DNA of 62,915 nucleotides, the filler included. It is 6 parts of 6 records of this genome, joined end to end, with 100 filler letters (N's around TTAATTAATTAA, not from the genome) between each part and the next. Parts side by side here need not be neighbours in the genome. Positions count along the whole stretch, not along the records: positions 1 to 24,554 come from SRR20825019_1907; 5 more parts are not named here. One strand, written 5' to 3'. Positions 1-12,794 of the stretch are shown in pieces; within the stretch, counting starts at the first letter, position 1; each line of letters opens with the position of its first letter. Below the pieces are notes generated by a model, which was given only the letters and a program-made list of their open reading frames with translations, made no database searches and was not told the origin of the DNA. The translations under genes and the position numbers were made by a program.

Positions 1-30
1 ACTCTCACTCTCACTCTCACTCTCACTCTC
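1..30. repeat. (ACTCTC)n hexamer microsatellite encoding (Glu-Ser)n on the minus strand
   Basis: Five tandem ACTCTC units, in frame with the RING-PHD gene. Confidence 0.85.
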
Positions 31-578
31 GATAAAACTGTCACTCGGACATGTCGGGAGTGTATGAGATCCAGTCCGTCTCGGGGGAGGAGGGAGACTC
101 ACTCTTGCTGCCACACAGGACTCACAGAACCAGTCTTCGTATGGCACATGGGGCAATGCCGGTGTTAGACAGTCAATGTGATACCCGTCGTCACACCCAT
201 CGCACAACAGCAGAACATCCTCCCTTTCCCCTGAGCCGCATATCACACAGTTCGACTCAAGGATAAACCCGTATTCGGCATCATCTTTCTGAACTCTTGC
301 TTCTACGTAGAGTGGTATTGGCCTGCCGCGCTGACTTTCGCGATATATGCACCCAAAGTCTACCTTACACAAGGGGCATGAAGTGCAACGGCGTGACCAC
401 AACTAGTTAGGTGTATGGGTTAGAGAAGATAATATAGATTGAGCCACGTGCCTACCAATATGCAATCATAGCAGAACCGGTGCATACAAGATATCTTGGC
501 CACGCTTCGTGCCGGAGTTGGACTCAAGCAGATTGCACACTCCACAGGCTCATTCAACGTGGGTGCAGTGCTGCTCAT
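1..578 (-). CDS. RING + PHD finger protein (PHRF1-like), 3' end truncated by window edge
   Basis: Not in the ORF track. Manual translation from ATG at 578: MSSTAPTLNEPVECAICL...CMHRFCYDCIL [GT-AG intron 403-455] LWSRRCTSCPLCK (C3HC4 RING), then CVICGSGEREDVLLLCDGCDDGYHIDCL...WFCESC (PHD); runs off the window in an (ES)n tract. Confidence 0.9.
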
Positions 579-699
579 TTAGGCGTATCGGAGCGATAGT
601 TTGGGGTGGGTGGCTATTACTATCGCGCTCTGTCCATATGTCGATGTAATAGCAGGGTGGGTCTGACTACTAAATACTCGCTCTGAGTCGCGATCAGAC

Positions 700-1580
700 A
701 ACCGGACGGCACTTGGAGCGGCTACTCGTATTCCACTGTCGCTCCTGCGCGTGGGTCTTGCTACACCGCCATCCGGCGCCAGCCCACATGTGGGCCGCTG
801 CGGCAGGCGCCGCGACCATTGAGTTGCTGAAGACGGGGATCCCCGGCCACCGAGGTCCGCGCTGGGGCCGCTCAATCGGACCAGCGGCGCCGGGCTGTTC
901 GCCGCCTCCCCGGGGCACTGATGAGGACACTGCGGCGCCACTGGCACCTGTGCCGGAAGCCTTGTGCCGGAGCGTAGTCAGCCGGGCGGGACAGTCTCTC
1001 GGGGCGGGGCGCCTTGGCGGCTTGCGGGGGCGGCCATAACGGCCGAGTCAGCGAAGGCTAGCCGGATGGGCGGGGCCGGCCGGCAGGCCCCGCGCGGCAC
1101 CGCCCCTCGGCTGGGTGCCGGCCTTTGCCCGCCTGGTTTCCTCAGTCATCTCCCGACAGCGGCGGCCGTCGTCCCGGCGCGCGCTGCCAGTCACCGGGCC
1201 GACGCTGAGGCAGCGCAACTTCCCGGGTCGCGCCACCCGGCCGGAGCCCCGGACGCATGGAGTTCCGTTTTGGCGGGAAGCCGATGTGACCATCGCCCTG
1301 GCACTGTCCCCACAATGGGGGATTGATTGATTGTTTCGAAGTCGATTCCACGGCGGTGAGGCTCCAGTTCTTGCCGCCAATGCCGCGAACCGGCGCGAAC
1401 CGGCGGCGACCGCAGCGCCACTCCCATCCCCATGATGGACCCGGCGCGGCCCCAGCCTCGTTCAACAGTACCAGGCCAGGTCAGACGCAGCCGCCGATAG
1501 AAGAGTCATCAGCACGTGCCGTGCTCTGCCAGTAGCCCCCCGAAAGAGCCCGCCGTCGCACGTGACCGACACCAGCCGCC
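700..1580. promoter_or_regulatory. GC-rich island between divergent genes (putative bidirectional promoter)
   Basis: CCGG/GGCC/CGCG-dense stretch between RING-PHD (-) and ERG2-like (+); only G/P/A/R-rich spurious ORFs. Boundaries approximate. Confidence 0.55.
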
Positions 1581-1658
1581 TTCTCATCTAAGCGATAGAC
1601 AGTTTTTGTGGTATAAGAAAGTGACTTCGGCAACTGTTTTAGTTTTGTACACACTACA

Positions 1659-2550
1659 ATGGAGCAACTTTCCTCCTATTGGGCGCAGGCCCTGGCCGCT
1701 TATGCCGAGTCACCGCAGAACTTTCATATTGCCGGAGCGTGTCTTGCAGTTACCATGGTAGGCCTTCTTTTCAAGAAGGCCATGTATGGGTACGTGGAAA
1801 ACTATTTGGGGGGGAGTGCAACACTGAAACCATGAGATAGCCCTTGGGTGTTTGATCCGAAAGTGATCGACAAAGTAGGGAAAAAAGCAGTTAAACAGAA
1901 GAAAACGTTAGAGGAGCGCCTTGACTTCATTCGTGATGAACTGAGCAAGGAGTACCCTGGTAACAATATATGATACCTTAGTGTATAATGCGCTAATTCA
2001 TTTGCAGGTAAGATACTGCAGAGCCGCGAGTGGGCCATGTACAACTCGGGGGGCGCTAAGGGAGCAATGTTTCTTTTGTACTGCTCCACGTGGGAATACG
2101 TAATGGTGAATGGCTCTGCAATTGGATTTACTGCATTGACTGGACGTCACTTGGTTGAGTTTCATGATGTTGTGATCGATGGGGAGGTACAGGAGATCGA
2201 CTATTGTTTCTAGAATGGAACTGAATTGCTTTGGTAGGTGTGGTATTTCCACGAGAACACTCCCCACGTGAAGGAAACCTATAAAGAGGGCGACTTCGTG
2301 TTCATGGGGGCTGGTACTGCAATGGGCACTGCAGCGCCCGACAATTTTTGGTTGCTGGAGTACGCCCGGGGACCCATCCCAAGTTTGATGGTAAGGAATC
2401 ATTTATTTGCGAGGCACAAACCGATTCCTAAAAGAGGAAACGCAGATGTTTGGATTTTGGGACATTTTCTTCTCCACATTGGATTTCTACACGCTTTTCC
2501 GCACTATGTACGTATATGGTAAGGCACAAATCCACGCCATGTTCCATTAA
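1659..2550 (+). CDS. ERG2/sigma-1 receptor family protein (C-8 sterol isomerase-like), multi-exon
   Basis: Spliced: N-terminal TM, WVFDP, EWAMYNSGGAKGAMFLLYCSTWEY, TGRH, WLLEYARGPIPSLM, FSTLDFYTL; ends YGKAQIHAMFH*. Confidence 0.85.
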
Positions 2551-2580
2551 AGCAATACTCCCGTCCACAAGATGCGATAC

Positions 2581-3996
2581 TTAGACCGGTGGACTTGGAC
2601 CATGGATTCTCCTCAAGAACCCAGCAATATTCAGGACCTCTTCCCAGGATTCATGCAGCATTCCAGACATGATTGGATAGACGTGGAACAACCCTAGCTT
2701 CTTGTGTTAGTCTGAATCGGTGAATCACGACATGGCCACACCTTCTCCCTCAACATATTCGACGTCGACGCCATCCTCCTTTGCCCGACTAGCCAAAACC
2801 TGCGATTCACTGAATAGAATCTCATCCGTCCCCACCTGTATAATATTGTAAGCGCTTTCTGCGCCAAAATCCAACGAGCACATACATTAATATACATGGG
2901 AGGGAGCCCTGCATATGTCTTGGCGTAAGAGGGAGATAGTCTTGGATCAGCGGCCGATGTGTCCCCCCGGACAATGTCAGCGACCTGAAATTGAAAAAAT
3001 TCAGAAACAACGCTGCCGAGGACTGGCGACCACCCATTGTACCACTGTGACAGCTTTCTGGGGTAGCATGGCGTCAATTTCTGCTTTTGTCGTGTGAGAG
3101 TGCATCTGGGCTGTTAAATCCATCCATGGCGACAACACAACCATTGACGCAGGCAGTGGGGCGCCAGAATCACGTAAGGCCAGACCAGTGGACACTGTCA
3201 ATCCACCACCGGCAGAATCCCCTTATTGTAGGTCTATCAATGTCCTGAAGTGCATTCATAACATCGACACACGCACCTCCAATGCTGACTCTCTTTGAGT
3301 TCACTAAACTATCCACACCGCCATCCATGATAGGGCACTTGCCACCCACAACCCAGTCGTAGGATTCTAAGGCATCTTCCTGACAGGAAGGAAATGGATG
3401 ATCTGCAGAGAGCCCACCGTAAGAGAATGAATTGCCAGCTACTTCTACACTGCGAGTACCGGGAGCAAGACGATAGTTGACCATAATTCCGGCTCCTCCA
3501 GTCAAGTTGCAAACGTCTGCTAAGTAGTCTAACGCATTCATAAGTTTCGCATCGCCAACAAAAATGCAACTCGTACTCATATGTTGACCCATTTTAGGGA
3601 AAATATAGCCGCCGCCGGGGTACCATACCAAAACAGGCTTGGTATTGTCAAAGTCTAAACTGCACGTTCAGTCGGGCAGGTAAGGGCCTCCCCTACACAT
3701 ACCCTGAGGAACAACCATATTTGCCACCACGTTACTAGAAATGCGCTCCTCATATACAGTCATCTGCTTCAGGCTCTTCGACCTTGGTGACATAGAATCC
3801 ACCAATGGCATCAGCGACCTGACAGCCCGAATCCTCGACACTGTCTGAGCAGGTGTTGTACGTTGTGTAACAACTAGACCTATCAGAGGCTTCAGCTGCA
3901 GCCCATGTAAGCATGGAGCCAAATTGTATCCATCGTCACACTTACTGATGTCCTACTAAAGTGAGAAAGTACCTTCGCGGCTGCTGAAGGTGCCAT
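2581..3996 (-). CDS. alpha/beta hydrolase, HSL/GDXG lipase-esterase family, multi-exon
   Basis: YPGGGY (HGGG-like), YRLAP..PFP, GDSAGGGL nucleophile, LSPWMDL, LPPMYI..GGDEIL, GLFHVYP; stop TAA at 2581-2583. Confidence 0.85.
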
Positions 3997-4089
3997 GACG
4001 TTCTAAACTAAATATAGTTATTGCTTATTCTTGTTTATAATTTGTGTCACGCCGTATTAAAGTACTAGGCGGCCAGTCGCTCACGTGGC

Positions 4090-4900
4090 TTCTGTTCCGG
4101 TCATCCTGCGGCTCCGCAGCGACGAGCCCTAGCTCCGGACGGTCCCGCTGGTCGGCTCAGTCCGGAACCGGGCGCGCGCCGGTGCCCGGGCGGGCGGCGC
4201 CGGACGGCCGGCCGTGGCATCTCAGTCCCGCCGCCCGGCCACTCATGAGTGGGGGCCTCAGCCGCCGGGGGCCTGCGACGGGCGCCGGTCGCGCGAACGC
4301 GGCCGGCCCCCCGCGGGCCCGGAGGCCGGGCCCGGGCCGCCGGCGGGACCGCACCGGGCGGCCGGGCAGCCGGGGGGGGGAGGCCCGAACTGCGAGCCGC
4401 GGGCGCCGGGCCGCGCGCGGGACGACTGGGCTCCCGCGCCCCAAGCAAATCTCAAACCCCAAGATTGCATCGAGATCACAATCACGCTAGGGCCCCCGGG
4501 CCCCTCCCTCCGAGTCGCCGCCGGCGCGGGATGCCCTCGTCACGGCCCTGTGACTCATCAGACAAACACCCTGTTGTGCTAGTGAGTGTTCACTGGTGCT
4601 CACCGGCCGGGCCGCGCCCCGGCCGCGCCCCGGCCCCGCCGGGCCGCATGGCGATGCGGGCGGGACCTCCTCCGGCTGGCGTGGCCCTGCCGATGCCCCA
4701 GTCCTCATCCCGGGCTGGGCTGGTCTTGGAGTGACAGCATCATCGCATCGCCGCCCGGCCGCACTGGCGGTGGTCTCTACCAACCAGGGTAGTGGAGTAT
4801 GGCATCGCGCCGACGCGAGGGTGCCGCACCGCCGGTTGGGTCACGACTGCGCACGGCCGGTATTCCGCGCCTCAGGCAGTCAGGGCGCGCACATGGTATG
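4090..4900. promoter_or_regulatory. GC-rich island between divergent genes
   Basis: Between hydrolase (-) and Sec8 (+); includes perfect palindrome CCACTCATGAGTGG (4239-4252) and TGACTCA near 4551. Confidence 0.55.
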
Positions 4901-5131
4901 AGCCAGACCACTGCCGAGAACCAAGTGCGCTGGCTCTCCCAGGTTGTGGCTTTGCCAGGCGTTGCTCATAGCCTGGCAAATTGGGACACCGCATCAGGTG
5001 GGGTGCCTGAGAGGAAGCCTCACGGATAGTCGAGCTTTTGTCGACGCAACAAGACCATCTAAGCAGAGTAGGTGCGTAAGTATTCCAAGTCACAAGGGTT
5101 GTAGAGAACAGTGGTGCGGCAGTGGTGCGGC

Positions 5132-8100
5132 ATGTCTGGCTATGGTGGCTATGGTGGCTATGGCGGTGGCGGCTACTATGGTGCCGGAGACTCCGAACGC
5201 AGAGACGCCCCAACCAGGTCTACCAGGCGTGAGAAGGAGAAAGCTAAAAACCTGGAAGCCACAGTGAACTGGGGAGCCCTCAAGGCTGCTCTCGAGAAGC
5301 TACCGTCGAAATATGGTGACCCAGCTTACGAGCATGCGTCACTATACCCCCATCTGGTCAATCATGGTATCCTTGACGTAAGTGTGCTACAGCATCAACG
5401 TACGTCATTCGATTGCTTATATATGGGTGTAGTCTGCCGAGTCAGCACAAGATGAGGCCAAAGACTTGGCCAAAAGGAAAGAGAAACTGGAGTATTATGT
5501 CGGCGAGGTTGTTAACTGCCACCACCTTGCCTTCAACCACTCCATCTTGGTATGTGGCACAGCAACGTGTCAACTTGTGCAAATATAACTCGTGTCCTAC
5601 CAGAATTTCACCAAGATTCTTGAACAGTTTAACAAGGCTCGTGAGACCTTAGAAGTTCTGAAAAAGGATGCTGTTAAGTGTGAAGCTTACTTGAATGTTA
5701 GCACGGACAAGATTAGGCAGCAATGGCTCCAAGATATTCAGTACCAGGTCTGTTAGGTGACAAGGGTGACGACTTCATGGCTCACTTAGTGCATAGGAAA
5801 TGAACAAAATATTCACCAAGATTGACGAGCTGCGCCGAGTTCCTGCGCTCCTTAGTCAGTATGTGAGCGGAAATCACTTTGTTCATGCATCCACACTGCT
5901 AGTGGAGTCTCTTGATCTGGTTCTGCAGCCAGATATCAGTCAGGTATGGAAGCGGGTCTCCCTAAAAGTTCGTTCCAACACCTAATGGTACCTCTAGGTT
6001 GGGGCTATGGATGCCCTCCGTGAAGATCTCTTCCACGGAAAGGATGACATGTATAGTAAGATTCTAGAACAGATTCAAGGTGTTGTATACCTGCAAGCTC
6101 GTGTTGGTGACCAGTCAATGGGTGCAAATGACGAAGACGGAATGCTTGCCACTGTTGCACGTACTCGTTTGAGGAGGGATTCTATCATGGCGCCTATGGG
6201 TGCATCGGATCGCAAGATGCAGAAGGCTGAAATGGATGGAGCGGATCTGCTCTCAACGTCACGAACAGGCTGGGAATACCTTGGGGGGAGCTACAAGAAC
6301 ACGATAATGGTTGATTCGCTCGGATCCAAGGGAGCGGTCGGTGAAAGTGTTCACTCCAACCCTGCCTCTAACCCTGAGGCGTATCTCCGTCTCCTTGTTG
6401 AAGCACTGCACATACTCGATCGCGCAGGGCCTGCACATACCGCATTGAAAAGAGGTCTCAGCTCAAACTTCGCTGAACTCATTGAGGCCCACTTTGAATC
6501 GTTTCTGGAGACCGGTGGTGAACCTGTCTCATCGCATATTCAGCTCGGTGGTGTATCTGGCCCGAGCCTTACCGATAAGAGCAAGGTACGGGTGACTGGC
6601 AGTGAATGTTTGCATATATTTAGTTTCGCGCAGAGTGTATATGTGACACAGTACCTTGACGGGCTGTTCGATGCATTACTGGCAGTAATCCGTAACCACC
6701 TAATTCTGCTGAACATCTTTGAAAAGAAATCCAACTCATCCAGCATCCAAGAAGAGAGTGATGGACCGGTATGGTGTATACCCAAATAGATGGAATTTTA
6801 TCTTACCTATGCCTACAGATATTTTCTGGGAATACTCTGTACAATGGACAGAACATGTGGCAAGATTTGCAAATGGAGCTGCTCATCATGCTCCACGATC
6901 ACTTGGGAGCTCCCCGGCCTTCTCGTGAAGCTGGGAGTAATTTCATTACCTCAAGCGAGGTGAACGTGACGGCAACATCGGCCACAGTCAAGGCAAAGAC
7001 ATCGGTCAGTGGTGCGGGATGCTCGTTTGCGTTTGCGGATAGTGAGGCTGCAAGTGTTTCTCGCTTGAGTGTGCGCGAGCCCGGCACTGAAGGACAATGT
7101 GGGTTTTTATATCTATGGGGAAAGAGGGCGGAGATTCATCACTTGTTGCTGCAGTGAACTTTCGGAATATTGAGTCCAGTCTCTTTGAGAGTGGACCCTA
7201 CCACATTTTGGTCTGCTACAAGCCTACTGTAGAATTTGTGCACCAGGCGAATTCTCTGTTGCGCTCAAGTCGTGTTGCGGTGCAGGTGTGGGGTTGGTTC
7301 GATGGCCAAATCATTCCTATCTAACACACCTAATTTAGTCTCCTGGATTCCTAGAGCAAAAACTGGACGAGTACGTCGACAACTTTTTCCTTCCCAAGAT
7401 GACAACAGACTTCCGCATGAGGTATCTTTGAGGCTCTTAACCCAAACAGTGGTTTGACAATGTAGCAGGCTGGCAAAGGTATTGGATGATCGACACGCAT
7501 TCCTGCCAAAGGAAACGGGATGTGCAATGAGTGCCACCAGTATGTAACTGATGTGACTTTGTGGTGTTTTCTCTAATATTGGAACCGTTCAGCTGAGTAC
7601 CAGGCAGACGATGAGAACAGGCCATTGCTCCAAGGAGCCGTGGAGATAGCCAATCACATTCAAGAGTTGATGTCTATGGCTGTTGCAATGCCCAAGTACC
7701 TTCACGAAATGATGGCAATGGTTGAGAATACTCTGCTCCGGTTCCTTGATAAGTGTACGGGGCGATTTCGGGAGGCCTTTGAAGACGTAGCTGCGGGAGA
7801 AGTCTTGGGCGAACCTGGAGTCGATCAACTTTTGACAAGGGACCCTAGTTGGCTCGCTCTCCGCAAGTCTCATCGGACATCCGATGTATCGATGGATCCC
7901 AAGAAATTCACTGAGGAGGAGTTGAAGCTGGAGTTACCGCTCTTCCTGAAAATGGATCAATCGGTAGGAATAACTGACTGATTATGGGGGCTGCCTACCT
8001 GACGGCCTTTGGCATAGTGGAAGACCATTTCGCCTGGAGATTATACGTTGTTGGCTAACCTCAACGATTCTTTTGAGTGGCTTGGGGAACGCGTCCGCCA

Positions 8101-8946
8101 ATTGTGTCGCGATGGCTCACACAAGATTAAGGATGACTTGCTAAGGTCATTTGGTGATGTGGAGAACCTCGTGGAGAAATGCTCCGCGCTGTCAGAAAGG
8201 TGCAGTGGGTTTCATATGTGTTGGTGGAATGGCAACTAAATCACCTGAAACGAAGGTGTCTGCTGCTGCTCCGCATGGATATTCGGACCAGAGTGGCCGT
8301 GGGGCTGTCGAGTGTGCGCAAGAGTTCCTATGCCTTTGATGAGGTTCCAAACATGCCCGATACATTCATTCTAGATCTTAACGCCGATCTTATTAACGTA
8401 CATACTGTTCATGGGTACCCTTGCATTTCAATCTAACCACCCGCGCAGACACATACTGTTCTTTCGCAATATCTACCTGCACCCAAGCTTAAGTACTGCC
8501 TTGAAGGCATTGGAGATCTTGCGTCAGTCCTTCTTCGGAGATGCATTCGGCACATTCGGGTTGTTAATGATAACGGAGTGATTCGCATGTGTCGTAATAT
8601 TACGGCTATGCATCAAAATCTTATTCATATTCGGCCGGACATAGGATCTGGGGACTTCGATAAAACTCGAAGGTATTACGAACTGCTTAAGCTGGACGAT
8701 CAGGTATGAAAGAACAGTCGGGTTGACCGACGAGATAGCCTGACTGGCTTGCTGCAGGACCTTCTCTCCTTCACCTCTGAACATCAACGAGACTACACCA
8801 TGGATGAGTATGAGAAACTATTTGCGTATGTATTGTCAGCTGTGCTTTTTTTCGGTGTATACTGACATGAATGCAGGGTTGAGACTCCACGCAGACAAAA
8901 TACAGAGAAGACTCTGGCTGTTCTTAGCCATATTTTCAAGCATTAA
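5132..8946 (+). CDS. SEC8: Exocyst complex component Sec8/EXOC4, many short introns
   Basis: Spliced segments LEYYVGEVVNCHHLAFNHSI, KIDELRRVP, GPYHILVCYKP, LLLRMDIR, NDNGVIRMCRNI..MHQNL, DFDKTRRYYELL resemble Sec8 N- and C-terminal conserved blocks; Gly/Tyr-rich N-terminus. Confidence 0.8.
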
Positions 8947-8973
8947 ATGTACACATTCGTTTCTCTTTACTAT

Positions 8974-11902
8974 TTATGCCCTTGTTTGGTTTCCTGCACG
9001 GCGGCCTACTAGAGGTGCTCGAGGGATCGAAGAATGGATAACTGGGATTATCACGCGATTCACAGTAACATCAAGGAGACTCTGCACATCGTTGATATCT
9101 CGGTTGTAGAATCTCAGGGCTGTCTTTGCATGCGCCCTGAACCTTGACCAATGGGCTTCACCCATGTGCACAACATCTGAGTTTGCAAAAGCCAATGTTG
9201 CGACTGAGTCATTGTTGTTAGACAGGCTCCTCGCCAAGAAAGCATCAAAGAACTGATTGAATGGCATCGCTGCTCGTCCTCCACTGAAAATGTTCCAGTG
9301 GGACTGCAGTCCGACAATGAGCTTGTGGTAATCCATTTGCTTATCCATGTTCAGCTCTTCGTCCATCTTCACGGTACGCGTCCCGGTTGATCGCTCAAAC
9401 AGCGATGCCAGCCCAGTAATATCATTGTAAGAGTGTTTGCCCCCTTCATGCGCATCCATTTCCATCTGAAGACGCATTGCACGAAGAGTGGATTCGTCAT
9501 ATCCGTATGGTTCGTTGCGGCCAAAGAATTCTTCCAATTTGGACCGAATATCTTGATTGCTCGAATACCGATTGATCCTATTAGTGGCTCTTGCACCATT
9601 GTGCTGGTAAATGTCAAAGGACTCATTGCCTCTCAGTCCATCAAAGAAAGTGGGTCCTTGGGCCCGATTGCCGTACAGCTCGGTTGTGTTGGTGGCAGGG
9701 CGACCGGTGACCAAATTAGTAACCTGCCGCGCGGATTGGATGAACATATTGATGTCATATATTGCTCCGACCCGATTGTTTCCAGCCTTAACGAGATTGA
9801 AGAGTATGTTTGTGGAGCTAACCTGACCCGTTGATGCTCCCTCCTCGCATATTGCTGCCATGATTCCAGTTGCTCCACTGCCAAGGGCATCCATAACCAC
9901 TGCGCTGGACATTCCATATCCTTTGAACACGTGGAGAATTAGATGGGCGTTACTCCAAGCCATGTTTCGCATCTCTTCTTTGATCTGGTAAATCCATGAT
10001 GACACGATTGAAGGCATGACATCGCCGCTTCGATCCTGTAGTATAAAACCAGTAGGACGGCCAGCTCCAGCACCCAGCATGGCAATTGCTCTGATTGTCT
10101 TGAGCGTTTCTGTCATCTTATAGGCACATGCCGTGGTGAAATCACGAATGCAAATGTACACCTTCGCGGTCGGGGATATATTGTCCCGAATCCACTGAAG
10201 GCGAAGACGCCATTCTTCCAGCTCGCTCTCACGACTCCACCTAGTCCAGTCTGTATCTTTGTCCATGATACTACGCTCCAGGATAACATTGGTAATACCA
10301 TAGCCTTGTATCTTGCGAAGTGCCACCGGGATACTGTTGTCGGGAATACCGTTGTTGTATTTGTCAAACATGGGGCTGATAGCCACAAGATTGTCTGGCT
10401 CCTGGCCAGTGGCCTTCCAGTCGATGACAAATTGCTCAGCGGACGTGATGGCGCTACTGAAGTGGCCGACAACAAAGTGCGAGAGACCACACCGAAGTAC
10501 GTGCTTCATAATAGCCATTTTCTCAGATGGGGAATGCCCACGCACACTTCCAACCATTGGGTCGCAGAGGGACGTGTCAAGAATCAATGGCTGCGGGATA
10601 GTAAGTATGAAAGCAACACCCCACAGGCAGCCTTTCTTACGTCGATGGTACGAAGTCTGAAAACCTTCTTCTCATTGACCATACCAGCCATGTCAGATTC
10701 CTTATTGACGCGTTCCTGTACTGTTGCATACTTATCCCGGGCGTATTGTTGGCGATAGTGTGAACGATCACTCATCGCCCCACCGCTGCTCGAAAGGAGA
10801 GGTACAATGCCAACATCAGGGTACTGGCTCCTTGCCGAATTTTTCTGGTGATCAAGTGAGCAATCATAGGCATAACCTCAAAAATAACCTACCGCCATCA
10901 TTTCACGAAGTTTGTGTGCCTGCTCAAAATTTTGTGGCCGTACGCCAGGAATATCATCGATATAGTTGGTCGCCCTGCCCACGTCAAGCTGTGGCATCTT
11001 GTACTTAGACTTTGTCCCCGGGATATCATCGGTTTTGTTCACGGGGCGGGCCTCCATTACACGACGGGTATCAAAATCTGTAACCCGAACTGTGCCTGCT
11101 CCAGATCCTTCAATGTCCGCGTTGTACAATGACAGACTCTTGTCCTTGGCAAACTTTGGATTAATGTAGCTCTTGTTGGACCTGTCCCAGTAGTCAGTAC
11201 CCTTTGAAAAACAAACAACGATGTCTCACCTGAAATAGTTGTCTGGCTGGTCGACCGAACTCCCATACGTTGGGTTTAGTGGGTTCACTTTCCTCCTATA
11301 CTTAATAAGTTCATGGGGTACTTCTTCGGAATTCTCAGCGAGTTCCAATCTGCGTTTTTGTGTTATGCATCTAAACACCAACCCTTCCCGACAATGCCGC
11401 CTAACCTGCGAGTGGTCACCTGGGCACCATCAATGTCATCCGTGTTGAAGTGACTCGGCCTGTTGGTTCGTATGCGTTGGTGCTCTGGCTTTGGCTTAGC
11501 TGTGATATCAGACACATCGAGAATATCATGGCGCCAGTCATCTGATTCCCTGACGGTCCTTTTGCTAGCAAAAGGTTCGGCCTTGCCCGCGATAGACTCC
11601 TGCAAATGTTCAAACTCAGGGTACTGGGCCTCACTCTTCCGGGGAGGTGACACATGTGGATTCTGCAGAGACACCTTCTTGTAGTCAGACTGATACCCAA
11701 ACTGTTATGGCCGAGATAAGAAAGACGTCACAGCCGCAAGTACGATCTAGCCTACATTCAGAGCGTTCTTGGCTTGTGATCCCGGCAGCGGAGGCGCAAG
11801 AGATGTGCGCCGGTGATCCTTATATACGGCATCCTCGTAGGAAGCGCTGACGCTGGTACCGGTGGCCCCTATCTTCTGCCCAGACTGTCCTATGTCATAC
11901 AT
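8974..11902 (-). CDS. Fusion protein: N-terminal DIxG / NPLNPxY repeat region + degenerate DRE-TIM (HMGL-like) barrel
   Basis: ORF-track pieces join through GT-AG introns 10845-10892 (MMA|KNSARSQ...GGAMSDRSHY) and 10591-10640 (RTID|PLILDTS). C-terminal part has LDTSLCD, HVFKGYG, ALGSGATGI, EEGASTG. Confidence 0.65.
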
Positions 11903-12329
11903 CGTCGAGCCTTATTAGTAGGAACGCTCGCTGCATATATACATATATATGTGGCTATACCGGACACCCGGCCAGCCCAACCTTCACAGCGGTTGATGGG
12001 GCGGGACAGTGCAGGCATCTTGGCATGAAGCATCTCATTAAGGGTCCTAACGGGGGAACGGTTTGCGCATTCAGGCAAGGGGCAGCCAGCCACAGCATGG
12101 CTCAACGTCCCGGCTTGCCACGACCTTGACGTTCCTGGTTGGCCTGTGGGCGCGCCCTAATCATACGGACGATCGATCTCGAGCGGCCCGGCCCTCACCA
12201 AAGGAATTCCGCAGCCCCATCAACTTCAGGACCATTGATCCGACCAACGACGAAACGACCCAACCAATGGTGAACTTTCACACTCCATGTGAAAATAATA
12301 CATAAATATTGGGTAAAGTAGCGATTTGG

Positions 12330-12650
12330 CCTTGACCGCTTGCAGCGCCCCACGAGCCCGTGCGGCGCGGCTGCCGTTCCGGTCCGCATTTAGTCGTCGT
12401 TCCCGGATCATCCGGTTCCACCCAAGTCTTTCCGCGCGGCGGCGGTGTGGGCACACGCCGGTTGACCGCAGCCCCGCGGGCCGCGGGGCCCTAGCCGGCG
12501 ACGTGGCAGGCCGTGATCCGGGATGGAGGTCTCCCTCCGCGGCCGCCCGGCCTGGCAGGGGACGTGCTGGGGATGGCTCCTCGAGCCGACCGACCGTCCT
12601 CAGGCCCCCAGACTGCTGGCCGCCGCATTTGCAGCGACCGCGTGCGTTGG
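12330..12650. promoter_or_regulatory. GC-rich island between divergent genes
   Basis: GC-rich patch between the 11902 (-) and 12795 (+) starts. Confidence 0.5.
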
Positions 12651-12794
12651 TGAGTTCACTGATGTCGTGTGTCGTGACTGTTCGTGAACTCGCCGAAACA
12701 AAGGTGCACGTGGCACACGCGCAACATGCAAGATATGATCAAATATCTACACCCCTCCCCAAGAGAAAATTTTTCTGAGTAGGAAAGGCCAGCC

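Noticed and set aside
4044-4901. Many overlapping G/P/A/R-rich ORFs in this and the other GC islands
   Set aside because: Expected from stop-codon scarcity at extreme GC; no domains or splice structure.
5137-5181. TGGCTATGG tandem repeat
   Set aside because: Encodes the Gly/Tyr-rich N-terminus of Sec8; not CRISPR or a regulatory array.
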